Below are positions 8,958 to 17,211 of a stretch of DNA of 25,840 nt, one piece after another. Below the pieces are notes generated by a model. It made no database searches, had not been told where the DNA came from, and worked only from the letters and a program-made list of their open reading frames with translations. The stretch comes from Myxococcales bacterium. GTDB taxonomy: Bacteria; Myxococcota; Myxococcia; Myxococcales; Anaeromyxobacteraceae. Each line of letters opens with the position of its first letter. Position 1 is the stretch's first letter. The position numbers and the translations under genes are program-made. The stretch lies in assembly GCA_038320275.1 (NCBI GenBank), contig JBBQEB010000042.1:1-25840 (forward strand). The letters are read 5' to 3'.

Positions 8958-9596
8958 TCAGAAGAAGTAGCGGAGGAACAGCACCGCGTTGGTCGAGAAC
9001 GAGGACAGGCCGCGGTTGGGCGCTGCGCTGCCCGCGGAGGTCTTCGTCGTCTGGTCTCCATAGGCGGTGATGGGGAGCTGGAGCTCGGCGCCCAGGGTGA
9101 AGCGCTGCGAGAAGGCGTGCTCTCCGCCCAGGACTGGCGCGAGGGTGAGGTCGTTCTCGGACAGCTCCGTGACCGACCCGGCGTCGCTCACGTCGGTTCG
9201 GCCACTGAACAGGAGCCCGAGGCGTCCACCCGCGTACAGCCCGGTGGGCGCGATGGGCCGGAAGAACCAGAGGGCTCCCACCCCCAGGCTCGTCGCCGAG
9301 GAGCTGGAGGTGGCGCCGTTCGACCGGGTCCGGGACGTGTGGAAGAGGCCCAGCGATGGCTCGATCCGCAGCGCCGGAAGCACCTGGAGCGGGAGGTACA
9401 GCGCCACCGGCGTGACCAGCGCGGCGTTCTGCAGCCCCAGGGTGACGTTTCCGAGCTGCAGCGGCTCGAGCCCCACCCCCACGCCGACGAGGGATGGAGA
9501 GGGTTCCGAGCTCGGGGTGGCCGTGGCAGCGCGGGCGGGCACGGCGGGCAGCAAGGAGAAGGCGAGAAGCAGGGCGAGACGTGGGATGGTGTTCAT
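8958..9596 (-). CDS. Outer-membrane beta-barrel protein (small, OmpA-transmembrane-like)
   Basis: Signal peptide MNTIPRLALLLAFSLLPAVPARA; alternating strands LRIEPSLGL, LGVGALWFF, LYAGGRLGL, FTLGAEL; C-terminal beta-signal-like LFLRYFF. Confidence 0.8.
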   Translation of the reverse strand: MNTIPRLALLLAFSLLPAVPARAATATPSSEPSPSLVGVGVGLEPLQLGNVTLGLQNAALVTPVALYLPLQVLPALRIEPSLGLFHTSRTRSNGATSSSSATSLGVGALWFFRPIAPTGLYAGGRLGLLFSGRTDVSDAGSVTELSENDLTLAPVLGGEHAFSQRFTLGAELQLPITAYGDQTTKTSAGSAAPNRGLSSFSTNAVLFLRYFF

Positions 9597-9753
9597 CGCG
9601 GGATGCTCGCGCGGGGCGTGGCAGCGCGGCAAGAATCGGAGCACCTTGCCTGAAACGCGGTCGAGTCAACGGGGTTCTCGAGACCCGTCACTCTGGGGTG
9701 TCCCGAGGTGCCAGAGCGCCGGACAACTCAACGGAACCGCGCCACCCAGCCCC

Positions 9754-9769
9754 TGGCATCGCGCGTGCT
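9754..9769 (+). promoter_or_regulatory. Candidate sigma54 promoter for the PAS histidine kinase
   Basis: TGGCATCGCGCGTGCT, GG-N10-GC; predicted +1 near 9780, just before in-frame GTG 9783. Confidence 0.5.
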
Positions 9770-9782
9770 TCGTCGATCCCGC

Positions 9783-11276
9783 GTGACACGAGCGCCGGAA
9801 CCGGAGAGCCCGCCGGCCTCGCGCCGGTCGAGCTCGCGCCATTCTTTCTTACCCCTGGCGTCGGCCGTCCTGTTCCTCTCACTCGCGACCACATGGGCGC
9901 TGGCGCGTAGCGCCCACGCCGAGTGGCGCCTGCTCACCTACAGGCCCAGCCTCGCGGCGGCGGGCGGGCTCGCGCTGAGCGCGCTCCTGACGGTCCTCGC
10001 GGTCGCCCTCGCGCGCGGGCGGACGCACGCGCTCGAGTCGGCCAGGCTGATGGCCCAGGAGCTCGCACTGCGGTCCTCGAGCGAAGCGGCGCTGCGCGAG
10101 AGCGAGGCGAGGGCGGCGGCCCGCGCCGCCGAGCTGGAGGCGGTGCTCGACGCCGTCCCGGCCGCGGTCCTCATCACGCACGACAGGAACGCGCGGTGGA
10201 TCGACTGCAACAAGATCGGGTGCGAGCTGATGGGAATGCCCCCGCGCTCGAACGGCTCCAAGGCGCCTGGCCCGGGGGAGGCGGCACCGGCCTACGGCAT
10301 CTTCCTGCACGGCGCGGAGGTCCCGGCCGAGGAGCTGCCGGTGCAGCTCGCGGCGGCGCGCGGCGTGGCACTGCACAACGCGAAGTACGACCTCCACCTC
10401 GAGAACGGCGCGGTGCGCCACATCCTCATGAACTCGGCCCCGCTACGCGACGCGAGCGGAGGGCTGACCGGCGCGGTCGCGGCGTTCGTGGACGTGACGG
10501 AGCTCGAGGACGCGAGCAGCCGCCTCATGCAGGCGGACCGCCTCGCCTCGGTGGGCATGGTGGCGGCCGGGGTGGCGCACGAGATCAACAACCCGCTCGC
10601 GTACGTCATCGCCTCCCTCGGCTTCGTGGAGGAGGAGCTCGCGAGGCTCGGCCCCGACCTCCCCGAGGCGCGCTGGGCCGACCTGCGCGAGGCGGTTGCG
10701 GACGCCCACGAGGGCGCGCAGCGGGTGACGCGCATCGTTCGCGATCTGAACGCCTTCTCCCGCCCCGAGGACGATCGAAAGGAACGGCTGGAGCTCCTGC
10801 CGGCGCTGGAGAGGGCGGTCCACATGGCCGCCGCGCAGGTGAAGGCCCGGGCGCGGCTCGTGACGGACTACGGTCCGACACCCGCGGTGCTGGGCAGTGC
10901 CGGCCGCCTGGGCCAGGTTTTCCTGAACCTCGTCGTGAACGCCGCCCAGGCCATCCCGGACGGGGAGACCGCCCGCCACGAGGTGCGCGTGTCGACGCGC
11001 ACGGACGGGGCTGGCCGGGCGGTGGTGGAGGTCCGCGACACAGGGTGCGGCATGTCCTCCGCCATCCTGGCGCGCATCTTCGAGCCCTTCTTCACGACGA
11101 AACCTTTGGGGGTCGGGACCGGGCTCGGCCTCTCCATCTGCCGGAACATCGTGTCGAAGCTGGGCGGAGAGCTCTTCGTGGAGAGCGAGCCAGGCCGAGG
11201 GACGACCTTCCAGGTGGTGCTGCCCCCCGCGCCGCAGGCGGCAAGCGCAGCCGATCGAAGCTGGCCCGAGCGCTAG
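9783..11276 (+). CDS. Membrane-anchored PAS sensor histidine kinase (HisKA + HATPase_c, NtrB-like); start uncertain (9708 or 9783)
   Basis: Two hydrophobic segments; PAS ending FVDVT; H-box AAGVAHEINNPL; QVFLNLVVNAAQA; DTGCGM; FEPFFTTK; GTGLGL. Confidence 0.92.
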   Translation: MTRAPEPESPPASRRSSSRHSFLPLASAVLFLSLATTWALARSAHAEWRLLTYRPSLAAAGGLALSALLTVLAVALARGRTHALESARLMAQELALRSSSEAALRESEARAAARAAELEAVLDAVPAAVLITHDRNARWIDCNKIGCELMGMPPRSNGSKAPGPGEAAPAYGIFLHGAEVPAEELPVQLAAARGVALHNAKYDLHLENGAVRHILMNSAPLRDASGGLTGAVAAFVDVTELEDASSRLMQADRLASVGMVAAGVAHEINNPLAYVIASLGFVEEELARLGPDLPEARWADLREAVADAHEGAQRVTRIVRDLNAFSRPEDDRKERLELLPALERAVHMAAAQVKARARLVTDYGPTPAVLGSAGRLGQVFLNLVVNAAQAIPDGETARHEVRVSTRTDGAGRAVVEVRDTGCGMSSAILARIFEPFFTTKPLGVGTGLGLSICRNIVSKLGGELFVESEPGRGTTFQVVLPPAPQAASAADRSWPER

Positions 11277-11281
11277 CTTCG

Positions 11282-11863
11282 CTACCGGAGCAGCCCCAGC
11301 GAGCGCAGCGCGACGAGCACCTCCGCGCGCGCCGGGCTCCCCGCCCCGCGAGCGGCTCCCTGGGCAAGGCCGTCCACGATCTCGTTCACCGCGTGCCCGT
11401 CGTGCCCGCGCACCCAGGCGTAACGAACGGAGAGCTCGCGCGAGCGGCCGTCGAGCGCCTCGATGAGGTCGCGGTTCAGCACCGGGCTCCCTCCCGAGGT
11501 CACCCACCCTTTTCGACGCCACCCGTGAATCCACCGGGTGAGCGCGTCCACCACGTACCGGGAATCGGAGAACACCTCGACCGCTGCGCCGGCGGGGAGG
11601 CCCTCCAAGGACTCCAGCGCGGCGCGCAGCTCCATGCGGTTGTTGGTGATGGCATGCGAGCCGTCAGCCTGCCAGCGCGTGCCGCCGAAGCGGAGCGCGT
11701 TGCAGGTGCGGTCCACCACCACGAACCCGGTGCCGCCCGGGCCGCCGGGGTTCACCAGCGCCGAGCCATCGACGAAGGCGACGAAGCGGGCCTCGACCGC
11801 CGTTCCGGGCAGCGCGGGGGCGCCTGCGTCGCGCGCCGCGCCTTCCGCCCGCCCGCGCTTCAC
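11282..11863 (-). CDS. rnhA: Ribonuclease HI
   Basis: [58 protein letters not shown]: all four acidic catalytic residues and the His present. Confidence 0.95.
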   Translation of the reverse strand: MKRGRAEGAARDAGAPALPGTAVEARFVAFVDGSALVNPGGPGGTGFVVVDRTCNALRFGGTRWQADGSHAITNNRMELRAALESLEGLPAGAAVEVFSDSRYVVDALTRWIHGWRRKGWVTSGGSPVLNRDLIEALDGRSRELSVRYAWVRGHDGHAVNEIVDGLAQGAARGAGSPARAEVLVALRSLGLLR

Positions 11864-12051
11864 CGGCCGCGCTGCGAGGCGCGCCGCTGCGGCTGCTGCG
11901 CGAGGAAGGCGTTCTTGGGCTTTCCTCCGCGGCTCTTGTCGTGCTCGACGACCGGCGCGTCGGACGGGGCGGGCTCCTCCGCGCTCGGGATCACCGGCGC
12001 GCGGTGCTGCACCGGCTTGCCGGACTTCTTTCGCTTCTTGCTCACGGGCAT
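11860..12051 (-). CDS. Small basic hypothetical protein (63 aa)
   Basis: GGAGG 6 nt upstream of ATG; its TGA overlaps the rnhA GTG (GTGA); MPVSKKRKK... composition unlike GC shadow ORFs. Confidence 0.7.
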   Translation of the reverse strand: MPVSKKRKKSGKPVQHRAPVIPSAEEPAPSDAPVVEHDKSRGGKPKNAFLAQQPQRRASQRGR

Positions 12052-12099
12052 GGCATCCCTCCAGAGATCGCTGTCAGATGCGCCGGGGAGCTCGCCTTG

Positions 12100-13065
12100 T
12101 CAACGCCGAAGCTCCTCGCAGAGGAAGGCTGCCGCGCGCTTTTCGGCGAAGAACTCGAAGCGCCAGGGCAGCCCCGCCACGAACCCGACGTGTCCGCCCG
12201 CGGGGTAGGCCTCGAAGCGCACGCGCGGATTGGCGCGCGCCGCCTCGAGCGGCAACGCGGCGCGGGGGACCATCGGGTCGTCCAGGGAGGCGAGCGCGAG
12301 GAGCGGGCGGCGGACGCCGGCGAGGTAGCGCGCCGCGGAGGAGCGGGCCCAGTAGTCCTCCGCGCTCTCGAAGCCGTGCACGGGCGCGGTGAAGTGGGTG
12401 TCGAAGGCGGCGAAGGTCCGGCAGGCGGCGACGGCGCGCGCGTCCACCCGGCCCGGGAAGCGCCGCGCGAACTCCGCCCCGCGGCGCCGCAGCGTGCGCA
12501 GGAAGCGCTCGCGGTAGAGCCAGCCCATGCCGCGCCCCGCGTCGATGGCCGCCGCGCAGCGGGCGAGGTCCCAGGGCACCGAGACCACCGCCGCCGCGCG
12601 CAGCTCCGGCGGCAGGGCGTCGCCGCGCTCGCCCAGCCACTTGGCAGCGATGTTCCCGCCGAGGGAGAAGCCCATGAGGCCGAGCGGCCGTCCCGGGCGC
12701 TCGGCCACCAGCCTCGCCACCACCTGGGCCACGTCGCCCGTCTCGCCGGAATGGTAGCGCCGCGGCAGCCGGTTGGGCTCTCCGGAGAGGCCGCGCAGGT
12801 TCACCGCCACCACCGAGAGCCCGCGCTCGCGCGCCGCGGAGACCATGCGCAGCACGTAGGGCACGCGACTCGAGCTCTCGAGCCCCGGCAGCACCACCAC
12901 CGTCGGGCCGTCCGGGTCGCCGTGCCGGTCGAGGTCGAGGAAGTCTCCGTCGTCGAGCTCCAGCCGCTCCGTGCGGGCCGTGAAGGCGCGCGGCCGATGC
13001 GCGAGCCTCGCGAAGATGGTCATGAGGTGCGGGCCCGGGAGCCAGCGCGCAGGCGCGTAGCTCAT
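12100..13065 (-). CDS. YheT-family alpha/beta hydrolase
   Basis: WLPGPHLMTI, ERLELDDGDFLDLD, RYHSGETGD, nucleophile GFSLGGN, DDP, GGHVGF; ATGA overlap with the upstream DTW gene. Confidence 0.9.
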   Translation of the reverse strand: MSYAPARWLPGPHLMTIFARLAHRPRAFTARTERLELDDGDFLDLDRHGDPDGPTVVVLPGLESSSRVPYVLRMVSAARERGLSVVAVNLRGLSGEPNRLPRRYHSGETGDVAQVVARLVAERPGRPLGLMGFSLGGNIAAKWLGERGDALPPELRAAAVVSVPWDLARCAAAIDAGRGMGWLYRERFLRTLRRRGAEFARRFPGRVDARAVAACRTFAAFDTHFTAPVHGFESAEDYWARSSAARYLAGVRRPLLALASLDDPMVPRAALPLEAARANPRVRFEAYPAGGHVGFVAGLPWRFEFFAEKRAAAFLCEELRR

Positions 13066-13673
13066 CGCGCGCTCGCCCGGGGAAAGAGCGCCTCGCCGCG
13101 CCGGAGCCGCCAGGCGCGCTCGGCCGCGGCCGCATGGAGCTCTTCGAGCGCGCGGGCGGGGCCGGGCTCGCCGAGGACGCGCAAGGCGGCCGCGATGGCC
13201 TCCAGCGTCGAGACGCCGCCCGCCACCGTGGGCCGCCGGATGGGAGCGATGCCGGGCGCGCGGCTCGCCCGCGCCGGTGGCAGCGCCAGGCGGGGCAGGG
13301 CGCGCAGGGCCGGGACGCGCTGGATCATGCGCCGGGCCTGCGTCCAGGTGGCGTCGAGCACCACCACCTGCCGCGGCGGCGGCGCGAGGGGCGCGGGGTG
13401 TGGCGAGGGGAAGAGCACCACCGTCCCCGGCTCCTCCAGCGCGCAGAGATCGGGCGCCGGGCCGGGCATGGCGTAGTCGACGAGCCGCAGCTCGGGCATG
13501 GCGAGCGCGGCCCATCGGCCCGTGTTGGAGGAACGGGTCACCTCGCTGGCGTGGCGCAGGACGAGGAACCGCGTCCGCGAGACGACGCGCGGCACCTCCG
13601 GGCAGAGGCACTCGCAGGGCGGGAAAAGGCACGCCGGGCAGCGGGAATCGAGGTCGGGGCGGGCGTGCGACAT
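13062..13673 (-). CDS. DTW-domain protein, tRNA-uridine aminocarboxypropyltransferase (TapT/YfiP-like)
   Basis: RCPAC.....CLC, H..E....SNTG, VLFP, LDATWTQARRM (DxTW), STLEAIA. Confidence 0.9.
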   Translation of the reverse strand: MSHARPDLDSRCPACLFPPCECLCPEVPRVVSRTRFLVLRHASEVTRSSNTGRWAALAMPELRLVDYAMPGPAPDLCALEEPGTVVLFPSPHPAPLAPPPRQVVVLDATWTQARRMIQRVPALRALPRLALPPARASRAPGIAPIRRPTVAGGVSTLEAIAAALRVLGEPGPARALEELHAAAAERAWRLRRGEALFPRASAR

Positions 13674-13701
13674 GCTCACAACCTACGCGGCAGGGAGGCC
13701 C

Positions 13702-13717
13702 GTCGGAAACATCCGAC
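13702..13717. promoter_or_regulatory. Perfect 6-4-6 palindrome upstream of the DTW gene; candidate operator
   Basis: GTCGGA-AACA-TCCGAC. Confidence 0.4.
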
Positions 13718-13783
13718 TTCCGCGCCGGAGGCAGGGACAGCGCCGCGCAGGTGCGCGTGGGCCCCTGCGAGCAGGAGGGGGCC

Positions 13784-13823
13784 CATGACGAGCTTTGCTC
13801 GGCAGGGGAGGGCGCAGGCCTCT
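13784..13823. repeat. REP-like double-hairpin element, copy 2 of 3
   Basis: CGAGC-TTT-GCTCGGCAGGGGAGGGC-GCA-GGCCTC; 35/39 identical to 15637-15674. Confidence 0.75.
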
Positions 13824-13824
13824 T

Positions 13825-14673
13825 TCAGATGAACTCGAGGAGCGCCCGCGCGACTGCCGCGGGCTGGTGGCGCATCATCATGTGGCCCGCGCCCTCGATG
13901 ACGACGTGCTTCGCGCGGCGGAACGACCCCAGGCGCGCCGGGTAGTCGATGGGCACGCGCTCCGAGTGCTCGCCGTCGACGAGCAGCACCGGGCACTGGA
14001 TGGCCGTCCAGAACGCGCGCGCATTGTCGGTGCGGAAGGAATAGGGGCTGCGGGTCATGTGCAGCGGGTCGTGGAGGAACTCGTACCCGCCGTTCGCGGC
14101 CCGCGTCCCGTGCTCCGCGATGAAGCGGGCCTCCTCCGGGGGGCAGAGCGGATCGTGCTGGGAGATGCGCTGCGCAGCGTCGTCCAGCGTCCGGTACACG
14201 CGCTGCCGGTGCGTGTGGACGCGGCGCACGCCGTGCGTCCACTCCACCACCCGGTGCGGCAGGAGCTCCGGGCTCAGCTCCGGGACGCGGATGCCCTCCA
14301 TCATCACGACCCGGCGCACCCGCTCCGGGAAGGCCCCCGCGAAGTACCCGGTGACGTTGCCTCCCATCGAATGGCCGACGAGAGCCAGCCGCTCGCGCGC
14401 GAGCGCATCTACCAGGTCGGCCACGTCGAGCACGTAGTCCATGAAGTGATAGTAGCCGCCCGCGCCCACCCGCTCGGTGAGCCCGTGTCCGCGCAGATCC
14501 ACCGCCACCACGTGATGGCCCGCCGCCGCGAGGACCGGCGCGACGCGGTGGTAAGCCCAGGCGAGGTCGAGGAAGCCGTGCAGGCAGAGGACGGTGGTCG
14601 CACCGCCTCCATCCCAGGTGAGGACGTGGTGCTGCAGGCCGTTCGCGAGGACGGTCGAGGAGGTCGGCTCCAT
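13825..14673 (-). CDS. Alpha/beta fold hydrolase
   Basis: LCLHGFLD, AVDLRGHG, GHSMGG nucleophile elbow, GAGHMM; ATG at 14673, 8 nt after the fdhE stop. Confidence 0.92.
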   Translation of the reverse strand: MEPTSSTVLANGLQHHVLTWDGGGATTVLCLHGFLDLAWAYHRVAPVLAAAGHHVVAVDLRGHGLTERVGAGGYYHFMDYVLDVADLVDALARERLALVGHSMGGNVTGYFAGAFPERVRRVVMMEGIRVPELSPELLPHRVVEWTHGVRRVHTHRQRVYRTLDDAAQRISQHDPLCPPEEARFIAEHGTRAANGGYEFLHDPLHMTRSPYSFRTDNARAFWTAIQCPVLLVDGEHSERVPIDYPARLGSFRRAKHVVIEGAGHMMMRHQPAAVARALLEFI

Positions 14674-14681
14674 GCCGCCCT

Positions 14682-15578
14682 TCAACCGTCGTCCGGGTCC
14701 GGCTCGTCGGACAGCAGGAAGAGGTTCACGCCGCGGCGGGTCAGGCCGTTCTCGGCCATGAGCGCGTCGAGCTCGAGCGTGGCGAGGTCGTCGGCCAGCG
14801 GCTCCAGGTGCAGATCCTTCTGCGCGTGGAAGAACTTCGTGTACGTCTTGCAGGCGCTGCACGCCTCGGCCCGGGCGCTGGAGCCTCCGCCCGCCTCCGC
14901 GGCGCAGGAGGTGAGGCTCCGCGTCTCGCCGCACGCCACGCACTGCGGCCGCCCGTGGTGCCACTGCGTTGCGCAGAGGCTGCACACGAGGTAGCGCACC
15001 TCGTCCTCGGCGAGCACCACCCCCGCCACCGGCAGGGCGCCGCACACCGGGCAAGAGCGCCCACCGGGAGCCACCGCATCCGGGTCGAGCGAGGCGGCCA
15101 CGGTGGCGAAGTACACCTGGAGCCCCGCCGCGACGAAGGGTCCTGCGGCGAGGTCGGTGCCGTGCACGGCGTTCTCCAGCGCCGCGTCGGCGAGCGCCTC
15201 CAGCTCGGGAGGCGGCATGGCGGCGATCATCTCCAGGGCCGCCTTACCCTCCTCCGGCATGCGCGCCCGGCGCGCGACCTCGAGGAGCACCGTGCCGAGC
15301 GTCCCGCGCCACTCCGGCCGCCGATCGTGCAGCGCCGCGTCGAAGGGGCGCTCCAGCGGCAGGCGGCGCTTGCTCTGCGGCAGCTTCAGCGCAGCGGCCG
15401 CCACCGCCTGGGCGGCGGCGAGGTGGCCCAGGAGCCTCAGGTACTCCCCCATGCCGTGGTTCTTCGAGAGCTTGGCGAAGCGCTCCGCCCGCCGGGTGAA
15501 CAGCAGCCGGGGGTCGGGCAGGCGCAGCTCCGGGATGGGCCCGTCGCCTGCGCCCTCCAGCGACTGCGGGTCGGTCAC
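14682..15578 (-). CDS. fdhE: Formate dehydrogenase accessory protein FdhE
   Basis: LF.RRAERF..L....MGEYL; CPVCG.P, RYL.CSLCATQW, CVACG, EAC..CKTY.K, ADDLATL.LD; GAGGTG RBS. Confidence 0.92.
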   Translation of the reverse strand: MTDPQSLEGAGDGPIPELRLPDPRLLFTRRAERFAKLSKNHGMGEYLRLLGHLAAAQAVAAAALKLPQSKRRLPLERPFDAALHDRRPEWRGTLGTVLLEVARRARMPEEGKAALEMIAAMPPPELEALADAALENAVHGTDLAAGPFVAAGLQVYFATVAASLDPDAVAPGGRSCPVCGALPVAGVVLAEDEVRYLVCSLCATQWHHGRPQCVACGETRSLTSCAAEAGGGSSARAEACSACKTYTKFFHAQKDLHLEPLADDLATLELDALMAENGLTRRGVNLFLLSDEPDPDDG

Positions 15579-15631
15579 GGGTTCACCTCGGGCGTGCGCG
15601 TCATCGTCATCGGGCAGGGTACTTAGAGTTT

Positions 15632-15670
15632 CCTGCCGAGCTTCGCTTGGCAGGGGAGGGCGCAGCCTCT
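15632..15670. repeat. REP-like double-hairpin element, copy 3 of 3
   Basis: CCTGCCGAGC-TTC-GCTTGGCAGG then GAGGGC-GCA-GCCTC. Confidence 0.75.
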
Positions 15671-15685
15671 ATCAACAATCCGGCC

Positions 15686-16453
15686 ATGCCCGAAGGCGAG
15701 CTCATCCTCGAGACCCGCGGCCTCACCAAGGAGTTCGCCGGCTTCTTCGCGGTGAAGGACGTCGCCCTGCGCGTGCGGCGCGGGACGGTCCACGCGCTCA
15801 TCGGCCCGAACGGCGCGGGAAAGACCACCGTCTTCAACCTGCTCACCCGCTTCCTGCCCGCCACCCGAGGCTCCATCCTCTACCGCGGCGAGGACGTGAC
15901 CCGGGCGCGACCGGCGGAGCTGGCGCGCCGCGGCATGGTCCGCTCGTTCCAGATCTCGGCCGTGTTCGCGAACCTGTCGGTGCTGGAGAACGTGCGCGTC
16001 GCCCTGCAGCGGAAGCTCGGGACCTCGTTTCACTTCTGGAAGAGCGAGCGAAGCCTCGAGGCGCTCGACGGCCGGGCGGTGGAGCTTTTGGCCCAGGTGG
16101 ACCTCGCCGCGTTCAAGGACGTGCTCGCAGTGGAGCTGCCCTACGGGCGCAAGCGCGCGCTCGAGCTCGCCACCACGCTGGCGATGGAGCCGGAGCTCAT
16201 GCTGCTCGACGAGCCTACGCAGGGCATGGGGCACGAGGACGTGGGTCGGGTGACGGAGCTCATCGCCAAGGTCGCCGAGGGGCGCACGGTCCTCATGGTG
16301 GAGCACAACCTGTCCGTCGTGGCCGACCTCTCCGACACCATCACCGTGCTGCAGCGAGGGTCCGTGCTGGCCGAGGGCCCCTACGCAGAGATCTCGCGGG
16401 ACCCGCGCGTGCTCGAGGCGTACATCGGCAGCCCCGACGCGGACGCGGCCTGA
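15686..16453 (+). CDS. Branched-chain amino acid-type ABC transporter ATP-binding subunit (LivG-like)
   Basis: LIGPNGAGKTT, RSFQ, LPYGRKR.LE, LLDEP, VEH. Confidence 0.93.
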   Translation: MPEGELILETRGLTKEFAGFFAVKDVALRVRRGTVHALIGPNGAGKTTVFNLLTRFLPATRGSILYRGEDVTRARPAELARRGMVRSFQISAVFANLSVLENVRVALQRKLGTSFHFWKSERSLEALDGRAVELLAQVDLAAFKDVLAVELPYGRKRALELATTLAMEPELMLLDEPTQGMGHEDVGRVTELIAKVAEGRTVLMVEHNLSVVADLSDTITVLQRGSVLAEGPYAEISRDPRVLEAYIGSPDADAA

Positions 16454-16454
16454 C

Positions 16455-17180
16455 GTGGCGGAACCCCTCGACACGCCGCCGGTCGAGCTCCTGCGCATCA
16501 CCGACCTGCACGCGTTCTACGGGGAGTCGCACATCCTGCACGGGGTCGACCTGACCGTCCGCAAGGGGGAGCTCGTCACCCTGCTGGGCCGCAACGGCTC
16601 CGGCCGGACCACCACGCTGAAGGCGATCCTGGGGCTCGTCGGCCGCCGCACCGGCTCGGTGATGATGAACGGGCGGGAGACGATCCGCATGCAGCCGCAT
16701 CAGATCGTGCACCTCGGCATCGGCTACTGCCCGGAGGAGCGAGGCATCTTCGCGAGCCTGTCGGCGGAGGAAAATCTCATGCTGCTCCCGGAGGTGGGGT
16801 CGGGCGGCATGCCGCTGGAGGAGATCTACGGGATGTTCCCGCAGCTGCAGGAGCGGCGGAAGAGCCAGGGCACGCGCCTCTCCGGTGGCGAGCAGCAGAT
16901 GCTCGCGGTGGCTCGCATCCTGCGCATCGGCGCCCGGCTCCTGCTCCTCGACGAGATCACCGAGGGGCTCGCCCCGGTCATCGTCCAGGCGCTGGGGCGG
17001 GTGGCGCGGACCCTCAAGGAGCGCGGGTTCACGGTCGTCCTCGTCGAGCAGAACTTTCGCTTCGCTGCGCCGCTCGCCGACCGGCACTACGTGATGGAGC
17101 ACGGACGAATCGTGGACATGATCCCGAAAGAGGAGCTCGCCTCCAGCATGGAGAGGCTCCACCGCTTCCTCGGCGTCTGA
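16455..17180 (+). CDS. ABC transporter ATP-binding subunit (LivF-like)
   Basis: GRNGSGRTT, YCPEERGIF, LSGGEQQMLA, LLLDE..EGLAP, VEQN. Confidence 0.93.
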   Translation: MAEPLDTPPVELLRITDLHAFYGESHILHGVDLTVRKGELVTLLGRNGSGRTTTLKAILGLVGRRTGSVMMNGRETIRMQPHQIVHLGIGYCPEERGIFASLSAEENLMLLPEVGSGGMPLEEIYGMFPQLQERRKSQGTRLSGGEQQMLAVARILRIGARLLLLDEITEGLAPVIVQALGRVARTLKERGFTVVLVEQNFRFAAPLADRHYVMEHGRIVDMIPKEELASSMERLHRFLGV

Positions 17181-17211
17181 ACGCGCCGCCACCCACACCG
17201 GAGGTCTACAG

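Noticed and set aside
16455..17180. Walker A Lys-to-Arg (GRNGSGRTT) and DEIT in the LivF-like subunit as a sign of pseudogenisation
   Set aside because: The ORF is intact with a perfect LSGGEQ signature; I recall this variant in other members of the subfamily, though I cannot verify that here
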